This document shows positions 18,260 through 29,471 of a stretch of 56,609 nucleotides of DNA, one piece after another (position 1 is the stretch's first letter; each line of letters starts with the position of its first letter). The stretch spans positions 1 to 56,609 of the forward strand of contig DHGE01000021.1 in NCBI GenBank assembly GCA_002402635.1. The letters are read 5' to 3'. Below the pieces are notes generated by a model, which worked only from the letters and a program-made list of their open reading frames with translations, had not been told where the DNA came from and did not search any database. The DNA is from Deferribacterales bacterium UBA4806. Its GTDB lineage: Bacteria; Chrysiogenota; Deferribacteres; Deferribacterales; UBA228. The position numbers were made by a program, and so were the translations under genes.

Positions 18260-19295
18260 TAATATAAAATTAGAAATTAAGCTAAAGACATTTTTTACTG
18301 TAAGTATTATTTTTTTATTAATATACCTGATCTTTAGATTAAACAATATTTTAACTCCCTTTGCTCTTTCATTTTTCATAGCTTATTTGATGGAACCAAT
18401 AATTAGTAGAGCAGAAAAATATAAAATACCTAGAAGCATAGCAATAATTATAATATTTATTGTTTTAATAGCTTTAATATCCGGTTTCTTATTAATTCTA
18501 ATTCCCATGATATATAGAGAAATTTATTCTTTTGGAAAGGACTTTCCACTATATATAGACAGATTATCTCCGATCTTTAACGAATTGCAGACAAAATTAA
18601 ATCTAGATTTATCAATAGATAAAGTTAAGGACTTAATTATAAGTAAAGGTAGTGAACTCTCAAAAATGCTTTATAAAACAATTGGTACACTTACATCTTC
18701 AATAAAAAATATAATAGGATTCGTAATTCTCTATTCAATTGTCCCAATACTAATCTTTTATTTTTCAAAGGATTATAAATACGTGACTGAAAGTTTAATA
18801 AAAATTATTCAAGAAAATTCTAATTTTAATGCAAAAAAGTATATTGAAGAATTCAATCAAATATTAAGTAGCTATTTTAGAGGACAATTTATTGTTGCTA
18901 TGATTTTAGGCATTTTATATTCCATTGTTTTGCTTATAACTGGTATAAAACCTGCTTTGATAATTGGCCTTTCGGCGGGAGTTTTATCAATTATACCTTA
19001 TTTAGGTTTTGTTGTTGGTTTTGGTGTGTCCCTAATTTTGGCATATTTACAATATTTCGATATATGGCATCCAATTTTTGTATTAGCAGGTTTTGCAGTT
19101 GTTCAAACTATAGAATCAAATTATATCACACCTAAAATTGTTGGCACCAAATTAGGTCTTCATCCAACAGCTGTCATCTTTGCATTGCTGGCCGGAGGAT
19201 CATTACTAGGGATTGCTGGTATGATTTTTTCACTTCCTATAGCAGCAGCTATTAAAGTCTGGCTTAACAAAATTATAGCTACCCTTAAAAGATAA
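18252..19295 (+). CDS. AI-2E family (PerM-like) transporter
   Basis: Multi-TM protein with YFRGQ, IPYLG, ESNYITPKIVG..LGLHP. Confidence 0.9.
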   Translation: MHSNIKLEIKLKTFFTVSIIFLLIYLIFRLNNILTPFALSFFIAYLMEPIISRAEKYKIPRSIAIIIIFIVLIALISGFLLILIPMIYREIYSFGKDFPLYIDRLSPIFNELQTKLNLDLSIDKVKDLIISKGSELSKMLYKTIGTLTSSIKNIIGFVILYSIVPILIFYFSKDYKYVTESLIKIIQENSNFNAKKYIEEFNQILSSYFRGQFIVAMILGILYSIVLLITGIKPALIIGLSAGVLSIIPYLGFVVGFGVSLILAYLQYFDIWHPIFVLAGFAVVQTIESNYITPKIVGTKLGLHPTAVIFALLAGGSLLGIAGMIFSLPIAAAIKVWLNKIIATLKR

Positions 19296-19304
19296 ACTTA
19301 TATA

Positions 19305-21128
19305 TTATTCAACTGTTACTGATTTTGCTAAATTTCTTGGCTGATCAACATCAAGTCCTAGATAATTTGCACAATGATATGCAAATAGCTGAAAAATAAC
19401 TGTATTAGGGAATATTGATAAATCTTCATCTACTGATGGTATAAAAACAAACCCATCAACTAAATTAATCACACGTTTATCTCCACTGGAAGCAATTGCA
19501 TAAACAGTACCATTTCTAGCTTTAATTTCCTCAATGTTACCTATAATTTTATCATAGGTCTGTGACTGGGTTGCTATAACAAAAACTGGAACTTTTTTAG
19601 AAATAAGAGCTATTGGGCCATGTTTTAACTCTCCTGCTGCATAACCTTCTGCATGGATATAAGAAACTTCCTTTAATTTTAAGGCTCCTTCTAAAGCCAC
19701 AGGATAATTTATATTTCTGCCTAAAAATAAAAAGTGTTCATAATTTATACATTTCATAGCTATTTCAGAAATGATATCATTCATTTTAATAACACCATCT
19801 AACAAGTCAGGAAGTCTGATTATTTTTTCAATATGTTCTTTGATATTTCTATCATTAAGACGTTTTGTACACTGTCCTAAATAAATTGCAAAGAGATACA
19901 GAATTATAATTTGTGTAGTAAAAGCTTTTGTTGATGCAACACCAATTTCAGGACCGGCATAAGTATAAATCGTTGAATCTGTCATTCGTGTTATTGAAGA
20001 CGATATCATATTAGTAAGAGCAATAGTAGTTATTTTGTTTTTCTTTACTAGTTTCACTGATGCCAGTGTATCAGCTGTTTCACCAGATTGTGAAATAAAG
20101 ATAATGATCTGATTATCAGTAGGAGTCATATTTCTATATCTAAATTCTGAAGCTATATCAACAGAAACAGATAAACCACTATATTTTTCAATTAGATATT
20201 TACCTATCATAGCAGCATGATAACTAGTACCACAGCCTATTATTTGAATACTTTTTGAGCTCATTATTCTGTCTTCAATATTTTCAAACTCATTAAAAAT
20301 TATCTTTTCATGGTTGTTGGATATATGATTTAAAAATGTATCTAATAATGCTTTAGGCTGTTCAAATATTTCCTTCAACATATAATGTTTGTAACCACCT
20401 TTATTGGCCATTTGAAAATTTAGTTTAACCCTTTTACTGTTTGTTGATATAGGGTCTCCGTTGAAATTATACAGCTTTATATCGGTTTTATAAATTTTCG
20501 CAATATTTTCATCTTCTAAAATTATAAAATTATCAGTATAGGCTGTGAGAGCAGTTAAATCACTGGCAACGAATATTTCATCCTCTCCTATGCCAATTAT
20601 TAATGGGTTTTCTTTCTTCACTAACACCAATGTTTCAGGCTCTTTATCAGATATAATAGCCAGAGCATATGACCCTTTTAAATTTTTAACCGTATTGATA
20701 GCTGAGTTTAAAAGATCTCCATTATATTTCTCAGCTATTAAGTGTGCTATTATTTCTGAATCAGTTTCAGATTGTAGAGCATATCTCTTCTCAATTTTTT
20801 CCTTTAAATCCATATAATTTTCAATAATTCCATTATGGACAAGAGATATATTATCTACTTTATGGGGATGGGCGTTTTTATCTGACACAACTCCATGTGT
20901 TGCCCATCTTGTATGTCCAATGCCAAGATGAGTCATAGAATATTTGTTAATATCAATTTTTTCCCTTAAATGTTTTATCTTCCCTGTAGTTTTTATAATA
21001 TCTATGTTTCCGCTTTCACAAATAGCAATACCAGCAGAATCATACCCTCTATATTCCAATCTTTGTAGGCAATCTAAGAGAACCTCAGAAACGTTTCTCT
21101 TCCCATAATAAGCAACAATTCCACACAT
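19305..21128 (-). CDS. glmS: Glutamine--fructose-6-phosphate transaminase
   Basis: True start MCGIV at 21128 (catalytic Cys1); LEYRGYDSAG, GHTRWATHG, SQSGETADT, PRNLAKSVTVE. Confidence 0.98.
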   Translation of the reverse strand: MCGIVAYYGKRNVSEVLLDCLQRLEYRGYDSAGIAICESGNIDIIKTTGKIKHLREKIDINKYSMTHLGIGHTRWATHGVVSDKNAHPHKVDNISLVHNGIIENYMDLKEKIEKRYALQSETDSEIIAHLIAEKYNGDLLNSAINTVKNLKGSYALAIISDKEPETLVLVKKENPLIIGIGEDEIFVASDLTALTAYTDNFIILEDENIAKIYKTDIKLYNFNGDPISTNSKRVKLNFQMANKGGYKHYMLKEIFEQPKALLDTFLNHISNNHEKIIFNEFENIEDRIMSSKSIQIIGCGTSYHAAMIGKYLIEKYSGLSVSVDIASEFRYRNMTPTDNQIIIFISQSGETADTLASVKLVKKNKITTIALTNMISSSITRMTDSTIYTYAGPEIGVASTKAFTTQIIILYLFAIYLGQCTKRLNDRNIKEHIEKIIRLPDLLDGVIKMNDIISEIAMKCINYEHFLFLGRNINYPVALEGALKLKEVSYIHAEGYAAGELKHGPIALISKKVPVFVIATQSQTYDKIIGNIEEIKARNGTVYAIASSGDKRVINLVDGFVFIPSVDEDLSIFPNTVIFQLFAYHCANYLGLDVDQPRNLAKSVTVE

Positions 21129-22489
21129 TATTTCTTCTTTTTCCTCTCCACCCACCTCTTAAACCAATTAAGCTTATTAATCTGTTTGGCCCTTGCAACA
21201 GCTAAAGCATTGTCGGGAACATCTTTAGTAATAGTAGAACCTGCTCCTATAACTACATTACTTCCAATTTTTACAGGAGCCACAAATTGAACATCACTAC
21301 CAATAAATGTACAATTACCTATTGTAGTTTCATTTTTATTAAATCCATCATAGTTACAAGTAATTGTTCCGCATCCTATATTTACAGATTCACCAATCTT
21401 GGCATCTCCCAAGTATGTTAAATGACTTGCCTTTGTTTTCTTACCAATAATAACTTTTTTAGTTTCAACAAAATTGCCTATTTTATTTTCACCTTTCAAT
21501 ATAGTCTCTGGCCTTAAATGGGCCATAGGGCCAATAGAAGAATTGTTTCCAACTTCAGAGGAAATTATTAAAGTATTATCAAAAATAGTGCAATCCTCTC
21601 CAATAAATGAATTAACGATTCTGCATCCACTATATATAGTTGTATTCTTCTTAATAGTACTCTGTCCTTGAATAAAAACATTAGGATAAATTACAACATC
21701 TGGTTCGATCTTAACATCTTCATCAACATAAAAATTTTGTGGATCTAGAATACATACTCCTTGCTTCATAAATTCTATAGCTCTTTTAATCCATATTATT
21801 TTAGCCACTGAGGAGTATTCTTCCAATGTATTGATTCCTAAAAATTCATCACTACTTTCATTTAAGTATACAACATCACCCATATTTAATGCATCCGTAA
21901 GATAATATTCTTTTTGATTGTTTAGATCTTTTATATGTTTTAACCTTTTTAAAAATTCATTAACCTTTCCCATATAGATACCAGTATTAACTTCCTTGAT
22001 TTGTTTCATTTCATAATTAATTATATCCTTTTCTTCAACGATTTTAATAAAATTATTCTTTTCATCACGAATTACTCTTCCATAATTTTCAGGCTTATCT
22101 AATTTTGTTGACATAAATGATATTTTATTATCATAATAAAAGTTTCTAATAAAATATTCTAATGTTGATGTTTGTAGCAATGGAACATCCCCATTGACTA
22201 CTACAGTTATATCATCACCAGCAAATTTTTTTAGACCACATAATAAGGCATGGGCAGTACCTTTAGGCGTCTCTTGGATAGAGACATCTATGTTTTTTGA
22301 TACTAAATAATCTATGATAATTTTATTATCTGGAACTACAACTACAATTTTCAAAGGATTCGTCTTTTCTATAGCCGATAAAACATAGTCAATAACAGGC
22401 TTCCCTGCCAAATTCATTAAGATTTTTGGGCATTTTACTTTCATCCTGCTGCTTTTTCCACCAGCTAAAATAATAATATTCACATTCAT
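21128..22489 (-). CDS. glmU: Bifunctional UDP-GlcNAc pyrophosphorylase/glucosamine-1-phosphate acetyltransferase
   Basis: LAGGKSSRMK, GDVPL, EYYLTD, hexapeptide repeats, HLTYLGD, CNYDG. Confidence 0.96.
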   Translation of the reverse strand: MNVNIIILAGGKSSRMKVKCPKILMNLAGKPVIDYVLSAIEKTNPLKIVVVVPDNKIIIDYLVSKNIDVSIQETPKGTAHALLCGLKKFAGDDITVVVNGDVPLLQTSTLEYFIRNFYYDNKISFMSTKLDKPENYGRVIRDEKNNFIKIVEEKDIINYEMKQIKEVNTGIYMGKVNEFLKRLKHIKDLNNQKEYYLTDALNMGDVVYLNESSDEFLGINTLEEYSSVAKIIWIKRAIEFMKQGVCILDPQNFYVDEDVKIEPDVVIYPNVFIQGQSTIKKNTTIYSGCRIVNSFIGEDCTIFDNTLIISSEVGNNSSIGPMAHLRPETILKGENKIGNFVETKKVIIGKKTKASHLTYLGDAKIGESVNIGCGTITCNYDGFNKNETTIGNCTFIGSDVQFVAPVKIGSNVVIGAGSTITKDVPDNALAVARAKQINKLNWFKRWVERKKKK

Positions 22490-22567
22490 AACTTATTAAA
22501 TAAATATTAATAGAAGTGACATATTTTATCAATATTGAATAAAAAAAACAATCAACCTATAATTAGA

Positions 22568-23494
22568 CTATGAAAAATATTGTATAATGCTATACCAAAA
22601 AGGATAGACGAAAATTGATAGAAGTGTTGTTAAAATAATTACTGATGTTGTTAATTTAACTGAACCACCAAGAGATATAGCCAGGACATAATTCACAGTT
22701 GCACAAGGTGAAGCTAACATTATAAGCAATACCTCTGTATAATCGTTAAAATCTAGCTTAGATAAGTATATCAACAACAATGCTATTACAGGTAAAATAA
22801 ATAATTTGAAAAGAACAACTAAGATTATAGAGGCTATATTACCTTTTATTAATGAAATATTTATTCCGCCTCCTATGCAAATTAAAGCAAGTGGCATAGT
22901 CACTCGTGAAAGTATATTAATTGATTTATTAATTGAATCAGGTAATGAAATCGATAAAAAGAGACATACAAAACCAACAGTACAACCTATAACAATAGGA
23001 TTCAAAACTGCTGTAATAAACATTTTTCGAAGATTAATTTTATCAGTAGAGCCTAAGGTAAGGCAGATCACTGAAAGTATATTCACAAATGGAACAATAA
23101 AAGCCATATAAATAGCAGCAATTGTAATCCCTTGATCACCAAAGAAAAAATATGAAACAGGTAAACCCATATAAGCATAATTACCTCTAAAGCTATTCAT
23201 TGTTACACTAAATGATTCGTTCCTATTTATACCTAATATTTTTGAGGCTATTAAGGATAAACAAAAGATTAAACATATAGATAGTATTGCTATAAAAAGA
23301 ATATACATGGAAGGTATTTTTGAATAATCAGCCTCTTTAATTTCATAAAACAATAAAAGAGGCAGAAAAAAGTTATAAAGAGCTTTATTAATTGAAGATA
23401 TAAAAGTTGAATCTATTAGACGGATTGTTTTTATTAAATATCCTGTAACAAGTATAATAAAAATTGGCAAAATAATAGATATTAATTCTTGCAT
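22568..23494 (-). CDS. AEC (auxin efflux carrier) family transporter
   Basis: Polytopic membrane protein with LPLLLF, FRGNYAYMGLP, NPIVIG, PLALICIG. Confidence 0.88.
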   Translation of the reverse strand: MQELISIILPIFIILVTGYLIKTIRLIDSTFISSINKALYNFFLPLLLFYEIKEADYSKIPSMYILFIAILSICLIFCLSLIASKILGINRNESFSVTMNSFRGNYAYMGLPVSYFFFGDQGITIAAIYMAFIVPFVNILSVICLTLGSTDKINLRKMFITAVLNPIVIGCTVGFVCLFLSISLPDSINKSINILSRVTMPLALICIGGGINISLIKGNIASIILVVLFKLFILPVIALLLIYLSKLDFNDYTEVLLIMLASPCATVNYVLAISLGGSVKLTTSVIILTTLLSIFVYPFWYSIIQYFS

Positions 23495-23523
23495 TGTACA
23501 ATTGCATATATTATATATAAAGA

Positions 23524-23802
23524 ATGAATAGAATTACAAAGTTTTTTTATGGTAAATATTTAAAATATTGGTATATAGCCTTTGTCATAATTGTTATATG
23601 TATGTTAGCAAGTTATTATGGTAATAGATCCATAAAATCTTATAGTTTGATTATATTCAATTCCGATGGCACTATAAATGAAATAGAAGAAGTGAATGCA
23701 GAAAAAATGGTGAATCTGGAAAATAATATAGTTATTTTAACTAAAATGTTGCCCATTACTAAAGCTTTTATTCCACAAAAACGTATAAAAATTGAATTCT
23801 AA
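23524..23802 (+). CDS. Hypothetical single-TM protein
   Basis: 92-aa ORF filling the gap before argC; one hydrophobic segment; no recognisable family. Confidence 0.55.
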   Translation: MNRITKFFYGKYLKYWYIAFVIIVICMLASYYGNRSIKSYSLIIFNSDGTINEIEEVNAEKMVNLENNIVILTKMLPITKAFIPQKRIKIEF

Positions 23803-23880
23803 CTATAGCTATCAAACTCTTGTTAAAGGTTATAACGTTCCAAATATATTAATATTGTTTCTTTTAATATTTTTAAATAT

Positions 23881-24885
23881 ATGAATATAGCTATTTACGG
23901 TGCAACAGGTTATACTGGACTTGAAATTATAAAACTTCTTATTAATCATCCACATTTTAAAATTGTTCACATATACAGTGATACTTTCGCAGGGAAAAAA
24001 CTCGAAGCGGTTTCTCCATTTTTTAAGAAACTATGTTCACTTGTCCTTGAATCAATAAAATTAAACGTGCAAATTGATGACATTGATGCAGCATTTATTT
24101 GTCTTCCCAACGGAACAACATTCGACATTGTTAAACATTTATATGATAATAAAAAAATAATTGTTGACTTAAGTGCAGATTTCAGATTTTCAAATGAAAC
24201 TATCTATGAACAAACTTATAATATTAAACATATGCTTCCTGATTTATTAAAAATAAGAGCCTATGGTATTCCGGAGATTTTTAAGAGAGACATACTAAAA
24301 ACAACAATTATTGCAAATCCTGGTTGCTATCCAACATCTATAATTATACCACTTTACCCTCTAATTTTTAACAAACTAATAGAACCACATTACATAGTAG
24401 CTGATTCTAAATCAGGTGTAAGTGGAGCTGGAAAAAAAACAACAGAAACTACTCATTTTTGTGAAGTAAATGAAGATTTTAAGGCTTATTCAGTATTTAC
24501 TCATAGGCACTCTCCAGAAATAAATCACATTTTGTCAACAACAACAAAGGAACAGACTCAAATAATATTTACACCCCATTTGCTTCCTGTAACAAGGGGT
24601 ATTGAATCAACCATCTACGCTAAATCAGCTAGCTCTCTTGACACTATTTATAATGCTACAGCAGAATTTTACAAAAATTCATATTTTGTTAGAGTTTATA
24701 AAGAAGAGCATCTTTCAATTAAAAATGTTACCCATACTAATTTTATTGACATATCATTCTTTAAGGATGGCAAACATCTTATTATTTTATCTACAATAGA
24801 TAACTTAGTTAAGGGTGCATCAGGACAAGCAATTCAAAACTTAAATTTAAAGGCTGGATATGAAGAAAATTGTGGATTTCTCTAA
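23881..24885 (+). CDS. argC: N-acetyl-gamma-glutamyl-phosphate reductase
   Basis: GATGYTG, DLSADFR, ANPGCYPT, SGVSGAG, DNLVKGASGQAIQN. Confidence 0.97.
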   Translation: MNIAIYGATGYTGLEIIKLLINHPHFKIVHIYSDTFAGKKLEAVSPFFKKLCSLVLESIKLNVQIDDIDAAFICLPNGTTFDIVKHLYDNKKIIVDLSADFRFSNETIYEQTYNIKHMLPDLLKIRAYGIPEIFKRDILKTTIIANPGCYPTSIIIPLYPLIFNKLIEPHYIVADSKSGVSGAGKKTTETTHFCEVNEDFKAYSVFTHRHSPEINHILSTTTKEQTQIIFTPHLLPVTRGIESTIYAKSASSLDTIYNATAEFYKNSYFVRVYKEEHLSIKNVTHTNFIDISFFKDGKHLIILSTIDNLVKGASGQAIQNLNLKAGYEENCGFL

Positions 24886-26092
24886 ATTTTTATTATCTAA
24901 TAGTAAAATAATAACAGCTCCAAAAGGCTTTTGCGCATCTGCGGTAAAGGCAGGTATAAAGAGGGGCACATTATTCGACCTTGGTTTATTACTTTCTAAA
25001 AATGAAACCTTTGTTACTGCAGTATTCACAAAAAATAAAATGATGGCAGCTCCTGTATTATTCTGTAAACAATTATTAACCGAAAAGACTATGTTCAGAG
25101 GAATAATTGTAAATAGTGGCAATGCAAATGCGGGTACTGGTAAAACTGGTTTTGATGATTGTATTGAAATTGTAAAAAATCTAGAACATAAATTAAATCT
25201 ACCAGAACATTCCATATTAATTGCATCTACAGGGGTAATAGGACAATACCTACCAAAGAATAAGTTTTTTCAGTCTTATCCATTACTAATTTCACAGTTA
25301 AGTGAAGACGATAATAATTTCCCTGAAGCTATAAAAACAACCGATAGGTACACCAAAGCTTATGGATTAAAAATACAATTAGACAACAACAGAACTTTTT
25401 CAATAGGAGCAGTAGCAAAGGGTGCTGGAATGATTTGTCCTAATATGGCAACAATGCTAGCTTTTATAACAACTGATGTTGGTGGTGATAAACAATTTTT
25501 TAAAGCTTCATTAAGCTGGGTAGTCAATCAGACGTTCAACAGAATAACAGTTGATGGAGACATGAGCACTAACGATTCAGTTTTTTTATTTGCTAATGGA
25601 GAAAGTCAGGTATTTCTTAATACCCAATATGAGAAAAATTTATTTAAGATGGCTTTGTTATATCTCTGTAAAAAATTGGCAATTGACATAGTAAGTGATG
25701 GGGAAGGAGCAAAAAAATGCGTAAAAATAATTGTAAAAGGTGCAAAAAATAATAGAGAAGCTAAAATTGGTGCCTTCAAAATTTCTAATTCAATGCTTGT
25801 AAAAACAATGATTGGTGGTGAAGACCCTAATTGGGGACGAATAATTGCAGCAATAGGAGCCTCACAGATTAATGCAAAAGAAGAAAATATAAACATTTTA
25901 TTTAACGAATTTCAGTTGGTAAAAAATGGTATGTATACAAGCCAAACAATAGAAGAAAAAATTGCTGACTTGATGAAGATGAAGAATTACGAAATTACGA
26001 TAGATTTAAACCTGGGGAAAGGTAGCTATTTTGTATATACATGTGACATTGGCCACACATATATAGATATCAACGGAGGATACAGATCTTAA
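24860..26092 (+). CDS. argJ: Bifunctional ornithine acetyltransferase/N-acetylglutamate synthase
   Basis: NSGNANAGTG, STGVIG, KGAGMICPNMATML, DGDMSTND, DGEGA, DPNWGR. Confidence 0.97.
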   Translation: MKKIVDFSKFLLSNSKIITAPKGFCASAVKAGIKRGTLFDLGLLLSKNETFVTAVFTKNKMMAAPVLFCKQLLTEKTMFRGIIVNSGNANAGTGKTGFDDCIEIVKNLEHKLNLPEHSILIASTGVIGQYLPKNKFFQSYPLLISQLSEDDNNFPEAIKTTDRYTKAYGLKIQLDNNRTFSIGAVAKGAGMICPNMATMLAFITTDVGGDKQFFKASLSWVVNQTFNRITVDGDMSTNDSVFLFANGESQVFLNTQYEKNLFKMALLYLCKKLAIDIVSDGEGAKKCVKIIVKGAKNNREAKIGAFKISNSMLVKTMIGGEDPNWGRIIAAIGASQINAKEENINILFNEFQLVKNGMYTSQTIEEKIADLMKMKNYEITIDLNLGKGSYFVYTCDIGHTYIDINGGYRS

Positions 26093-26095
26093 AAA

Positions 26096-27037
26096 CTAAG
26101 ACAATACCCCATCTAATGTAAAGCTCAGAGGATTTATTGGAACACCATTGATTAAAACTTCATAGTGTACATGAGGTCCTGTGGATCTACCAGTACTTCC
26201 AACCTTTGCTATGACATCGCCCTTTTTAACGAAGGTACCTTCCCTCACTGTTATTCTACTACAATGACCATATCTTGTTAAATAACCATTACCATGGTCT
26301 ATTATTACAATATTACCATATAATGGTTTGTAGCCTGTAAAAACAACTATGCCCTTTGCTGTGGCTTTTATTGGGGAACCATATTTTGCTGCAATATCAA
26401 TCCCCGAATGAATTACTCTATACCCTGAGAAGGGAGAAATACGATAGCCAAAATTACTAGATAAATAACCTTGTACTGGTGTTATAGTAGGCATTGATGC
26501 CCAAGTTAAATGTACCCTTTCTAATTCTCGCATAGAACTCTTTAACATCTCAGCTCTTCTATCGACTTCACTATCCAAAGCTTTAAGTACTTGATCTAGT
26601 TGTTTAAATAATTCTTTTTCCTTTATATCAGAAAGAATATTATAATCCTTATATGTGTTAAATTCTTTACCACCAACTGATATATCTATCCCTCCAAAAT
26701 TATCTTTTGCCTGTTGCAATACATTTTTTACCTGAGCTTCATAAATTTTAAGGTTTATTAATTTTTCATTTATTGCTGCTATAGACTTATCATATTCATC
26801 CACTTTTTTTCTTAATTCCTTATTTTCAACCTTAAAATTTAGCATGCTATGTCTCTCATAATAGTACTTTAAGAGAAAAATATATGAAAACATAGAGAGG
26901 AGTATAAAAATAAAAAATAGCGTTCCAAATATTATTAAATAGTTTACATTAAATTTAAAAGATTTTACTTCCTTATATCTATAGTCATCAAATACCAGAA
27001 AGGTTAATTGTTTTATTTTACCTTTTTTTAATGCCAT
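26096..27037 (-). CDS. M23 family metallopeptidase (membrane-anchored, coiled coil)
   Basis: TM plus coiled coil plus LytM domain with HSGID, YGH and STGPHVHYEV intact. Confidence 0.92.
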   Translation of the reverse strand: MALKKGKIKQLTFLVFDDYRYKEVKSFKFNVNYLIIFGTLFFIFILLSMFSYIFLLKYYYERHSMLNFKVENKELRKKVDEYDKSIAAINEKLINLKIYEAQVKNVLQQAKDNFGGIDISVGGKEFNTYKDYNILSDIKEKELFKQLDQVLKALDSEVDRRAEMLKSSMRELERVHLTWASMPTITPVQGYLSSNFGYRISPFSGYRVIHSGIDIAAKYGSPIKATAKGIVVFTGYKPLYGNIVIIDHGNGYLTRYGHCSRITVREGTFVKKGDVIAKVGSTGRSTGPHVHYEVLINGVPINPLSFTLDGVLS

Positions 27038-27097
27038 AATTATATTTACCCCATTTTATCTTTATTGTCAATTTATTATAAAAATATGTTTGAATAT

Positions 27098-28810
27098 TTA
27101 TTTTTTCAATTCACAAATTACTGTATTTATAGTATCTGCAGCATCTTCAACATTTACTTTTGTCATAATATTACTTTTTCTAATAATTACTTCCAATTCA
27201 TTATTTTCAAGAGATTTCTTCCCAATGTTCACTCTGATAGGATAACCCACAAGATCTGCATCATTAAATTTAACACCTGCCCTCTCTTCTCGATCATCAA
27301 TTAATACTCTAATATCTAATTTTTTTAAACTATTATATAACCTATTTGAGTATTCAATTACATACGGATCATTTGTATTTACGGGAATTATTATCACTTC
27401 AAATGGAGATATTTGAATAGGCCATATTATTCCCTTTTCATCATGATTTTGTTCAATGCTAGCAGCAACAATTCTACCTATGCCTATACCATAACAACCC
27501 ATTATAAATGGTTTAAGAGAACCATTAGCATCTCTAAAATATGCCCCCATTGATTCTGAATACTTTGTTCCAAGCATAAATATATGGCCAACTTCAATAC
27601 CCTTTGCACTTTTATATGCAGCACCACAGTTGATACAAATATCCCCTTCCACAGCATTCCTCAGGTCATAAAATCCACAAACCTCAAAATCTCGACCCAA
27701 ATTTACATTTTTAAAATGACCATCTTTTTCATTTGCGCCTGTAACAAAATTAATTAATCCTTTTATAGAATAATCAGCATAAATTGGTATTTTTAACCCT
27801 ATGGGGCCAGAGAATCCCATAGGTCCCGATGTTATCTTTTTGATTTCATCGGCTGTAGCAAATTCTGGCATTTCGCCTGTTATAGTATTTTTTAACTTGA
27901 TAAGATTTAATTCATAATCACCTCGAATTAAAAGGGCATAAAACTTTTCACCACATTTCAAAATTAGTGTTTTTACCACTTTACTCTCATCAACATTAAG
28001 ATAAACTGCAACATCTTTAACGGTTTTCATTTGAGGAGTTATAACTTTCTCTAAGGGCATTTCTCTATCTTTCTGTTCACTTATTTCAATATATTTTACA
28101 GCTGCTTTTTCCAAATTAGCTGCATAACCACAGGCTTCACAATATATTATTGTATCTTCACCTGTATCAGCAATAACCATAAATTCGTGAGAAACGTTAC
28201 CCCCTATAGCCCCAGTATCAGCTTCCACTACTTTATACACAAGTCCCATTCTGTCAAAGATCTTACAATAGGCATCAAACATTTTTTTATAACTTAACTT
28301 ACATTGTTCTTCATCTATATCGAAAGAATATGCATCTTTCATAATAAATTCTCTACATCGCATTAGTCCAAAGCGTGGTCTTATTTCATCTCTAAATTTT
28401 GTTTGAATTTGATATAAATTAATAGGTAACTGTTTATATGATTTTATATATTTCCTCACTATATCTGTAATAACTTCTTCATGTGTAGGTCCAAAGCAAA
28501 ATTCTCTATTATGCCTATCTTTAATGCGTAGTAGTTCTTTCCCATATTTACTCCATCTACCAGATTCTTTCCATAATTCTGATGGAATAACTGAAGGCAT
28601 GAGTAATTCTATAGCACCTGCTTCATTCATACACTGCCTTACTATATTTTCTACATTTCTTATAATTTTAAGTCCTGCTGGAAGATAATTATATATCCCT
28701 GCTGCCACCTGCATGATAAATCCAGCTCTTAACATCAAATTGTGGCTGATTACTTCAGCCTCAGATGGAATCTCTCTCTGAGTTGGTATAAAAAAATCTT
28801 TAAGTCGCAT
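27098..28810 (-). CDS. proS: Proline--tRNA ligase (bacterial type with editing domain)
   Basis: GPTHEE, FRDEIRPRFGLMR, IEVGHIF.LG, MGCYGIGIGR. Confidence 0.98.
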   Translation of the reverse strand: MRLKDFFIPTQREIPSEAEVISHNLMLRAGFIMQVAAGIYNYLPAGLKIIRNVENIVRQCMNEAGAIELLMPSVIPSELWKESGRWSKYGKELLRIKDRHNREFCFGPTHEEVITDIVRKYIKSYKQLPINLYQIQTKFRDEIRPRFGLMRCREFIMKDAYSFDIDEEQCKLSYKKMFDAYCKIFDRMGLVYKVVEADTGAIGGNVSHEFMVIADTGEDTIIYCEACGYAANLEKAAVKYIEISEQKDREMPLEKVITPQMKTVKDVAVYLNVDESKVVKTLILKCGEKFYALLIRGDYELNLIKLKNTITGEMPEFATADEIKKITSGPMGFSGPIGLKIPIYADYSIKGLINFVTGANEKDGHFKNVNLGRDFEVCGFYDLRNAVEGDICINCGAAYKSAKGIEVGHIFMLGTKYSESMGAYFRDANGSLKPFIMGCYGIGIGRIVAASIEQNHDEKGIIWPIQISPFEVIIIPVNTNDPYVIEYSNRLYNSLKKLDIRVLIDDREERAGVKFNDADLVGYPIRVNIGKKSLENNELEVIIRKSNIMTKVNVEDAADTINTVICELKK

Positions 28811-28820
28811 TATAAACCCC

Positions 28821-29471
28821 TTATGCCAATTGCAGTTTTATTTCTCTTATTGTATTATTATTTAAATTAATAAAATATTTTGTGAAATCCCTCATTCTTT
28901 CATTCATTAAATCATAATTATCGAAAATTTCATATAAAAAATTTGATTTCTTTAAATCTGAAGAAGTAAAGATATTTCCTGTATAAAAAAGTTCTCTTAT
29001 AAAGCTTAGATTACTTATTCTAGGCAGCCTTGCTGTTCCACCAAAACCTGTAATAAACCCTAAGTTAGATCCAGGATGTGAAAAATAGCTATCAGCTGTT
29101 GCAAATCTAAAGTCGCAACTTGCAGCAAAATCAATTCCCCCACCCATACAATAACCATCTATTTCAGCAATTGAAATAAAATCAGCTTTTTCTATATATT
29201 TAAATAAATTATTTCCTTTTATAGAAAAGTACTTGGCATCTGTTGCAGTAAATTCTTGCAAAGTTTTTAAATCAGCTCCAACTGCAAAGGAACCCTTTGT
29301 TCCATAAAAACAGACTACATTTATCGTATCATTTATGGACGTTAATAATTGATATAATTCATCAATAAATTCCTCAGTTAACATATTAAAAGTGCCATTT
29401 AAAGGAACAAAGCTTATTAATAATGTATTTGAACCACAAAGAGAAACATTAAAATATTTATAATGTGTTAT
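28821..29471 (-). CDS. Enoyl-CoA hydratase/isomerase (crotonase) family protein, short form
   Basis: FAVGADL, GYCMGGG, GFGGTARLPR. The frame is open 29 codons upstream of ATG 29384 to an ATA at 29471 that has SD GGGAGG; start uncertain. Confidence 0.8.
   Translation of the reverse strand: MTHYKYFNVSLCGSNTLLISFVPLNGTFNMLTEEFIDELYQLLTSINDTINVVCFYGTKGSFAVGADLKTLQEFTATDAKYFSIKGNNLFKYIEKADFISIAEIDGYCMGGGIDFAASCDFRFATADSYFSHPGSNLGFITGFGGTARLPRISNLSFIRELFYTGNIFTSSDLKKSNFLYEIFDNYDLMNERMRDFTKYFINLNNNTIREIKLQLA

Noticed and set aside
21128-21160. glmS ribozyme
   Set aside because: glmS overlaps the glmU stop (TAATG), leaving no leader.
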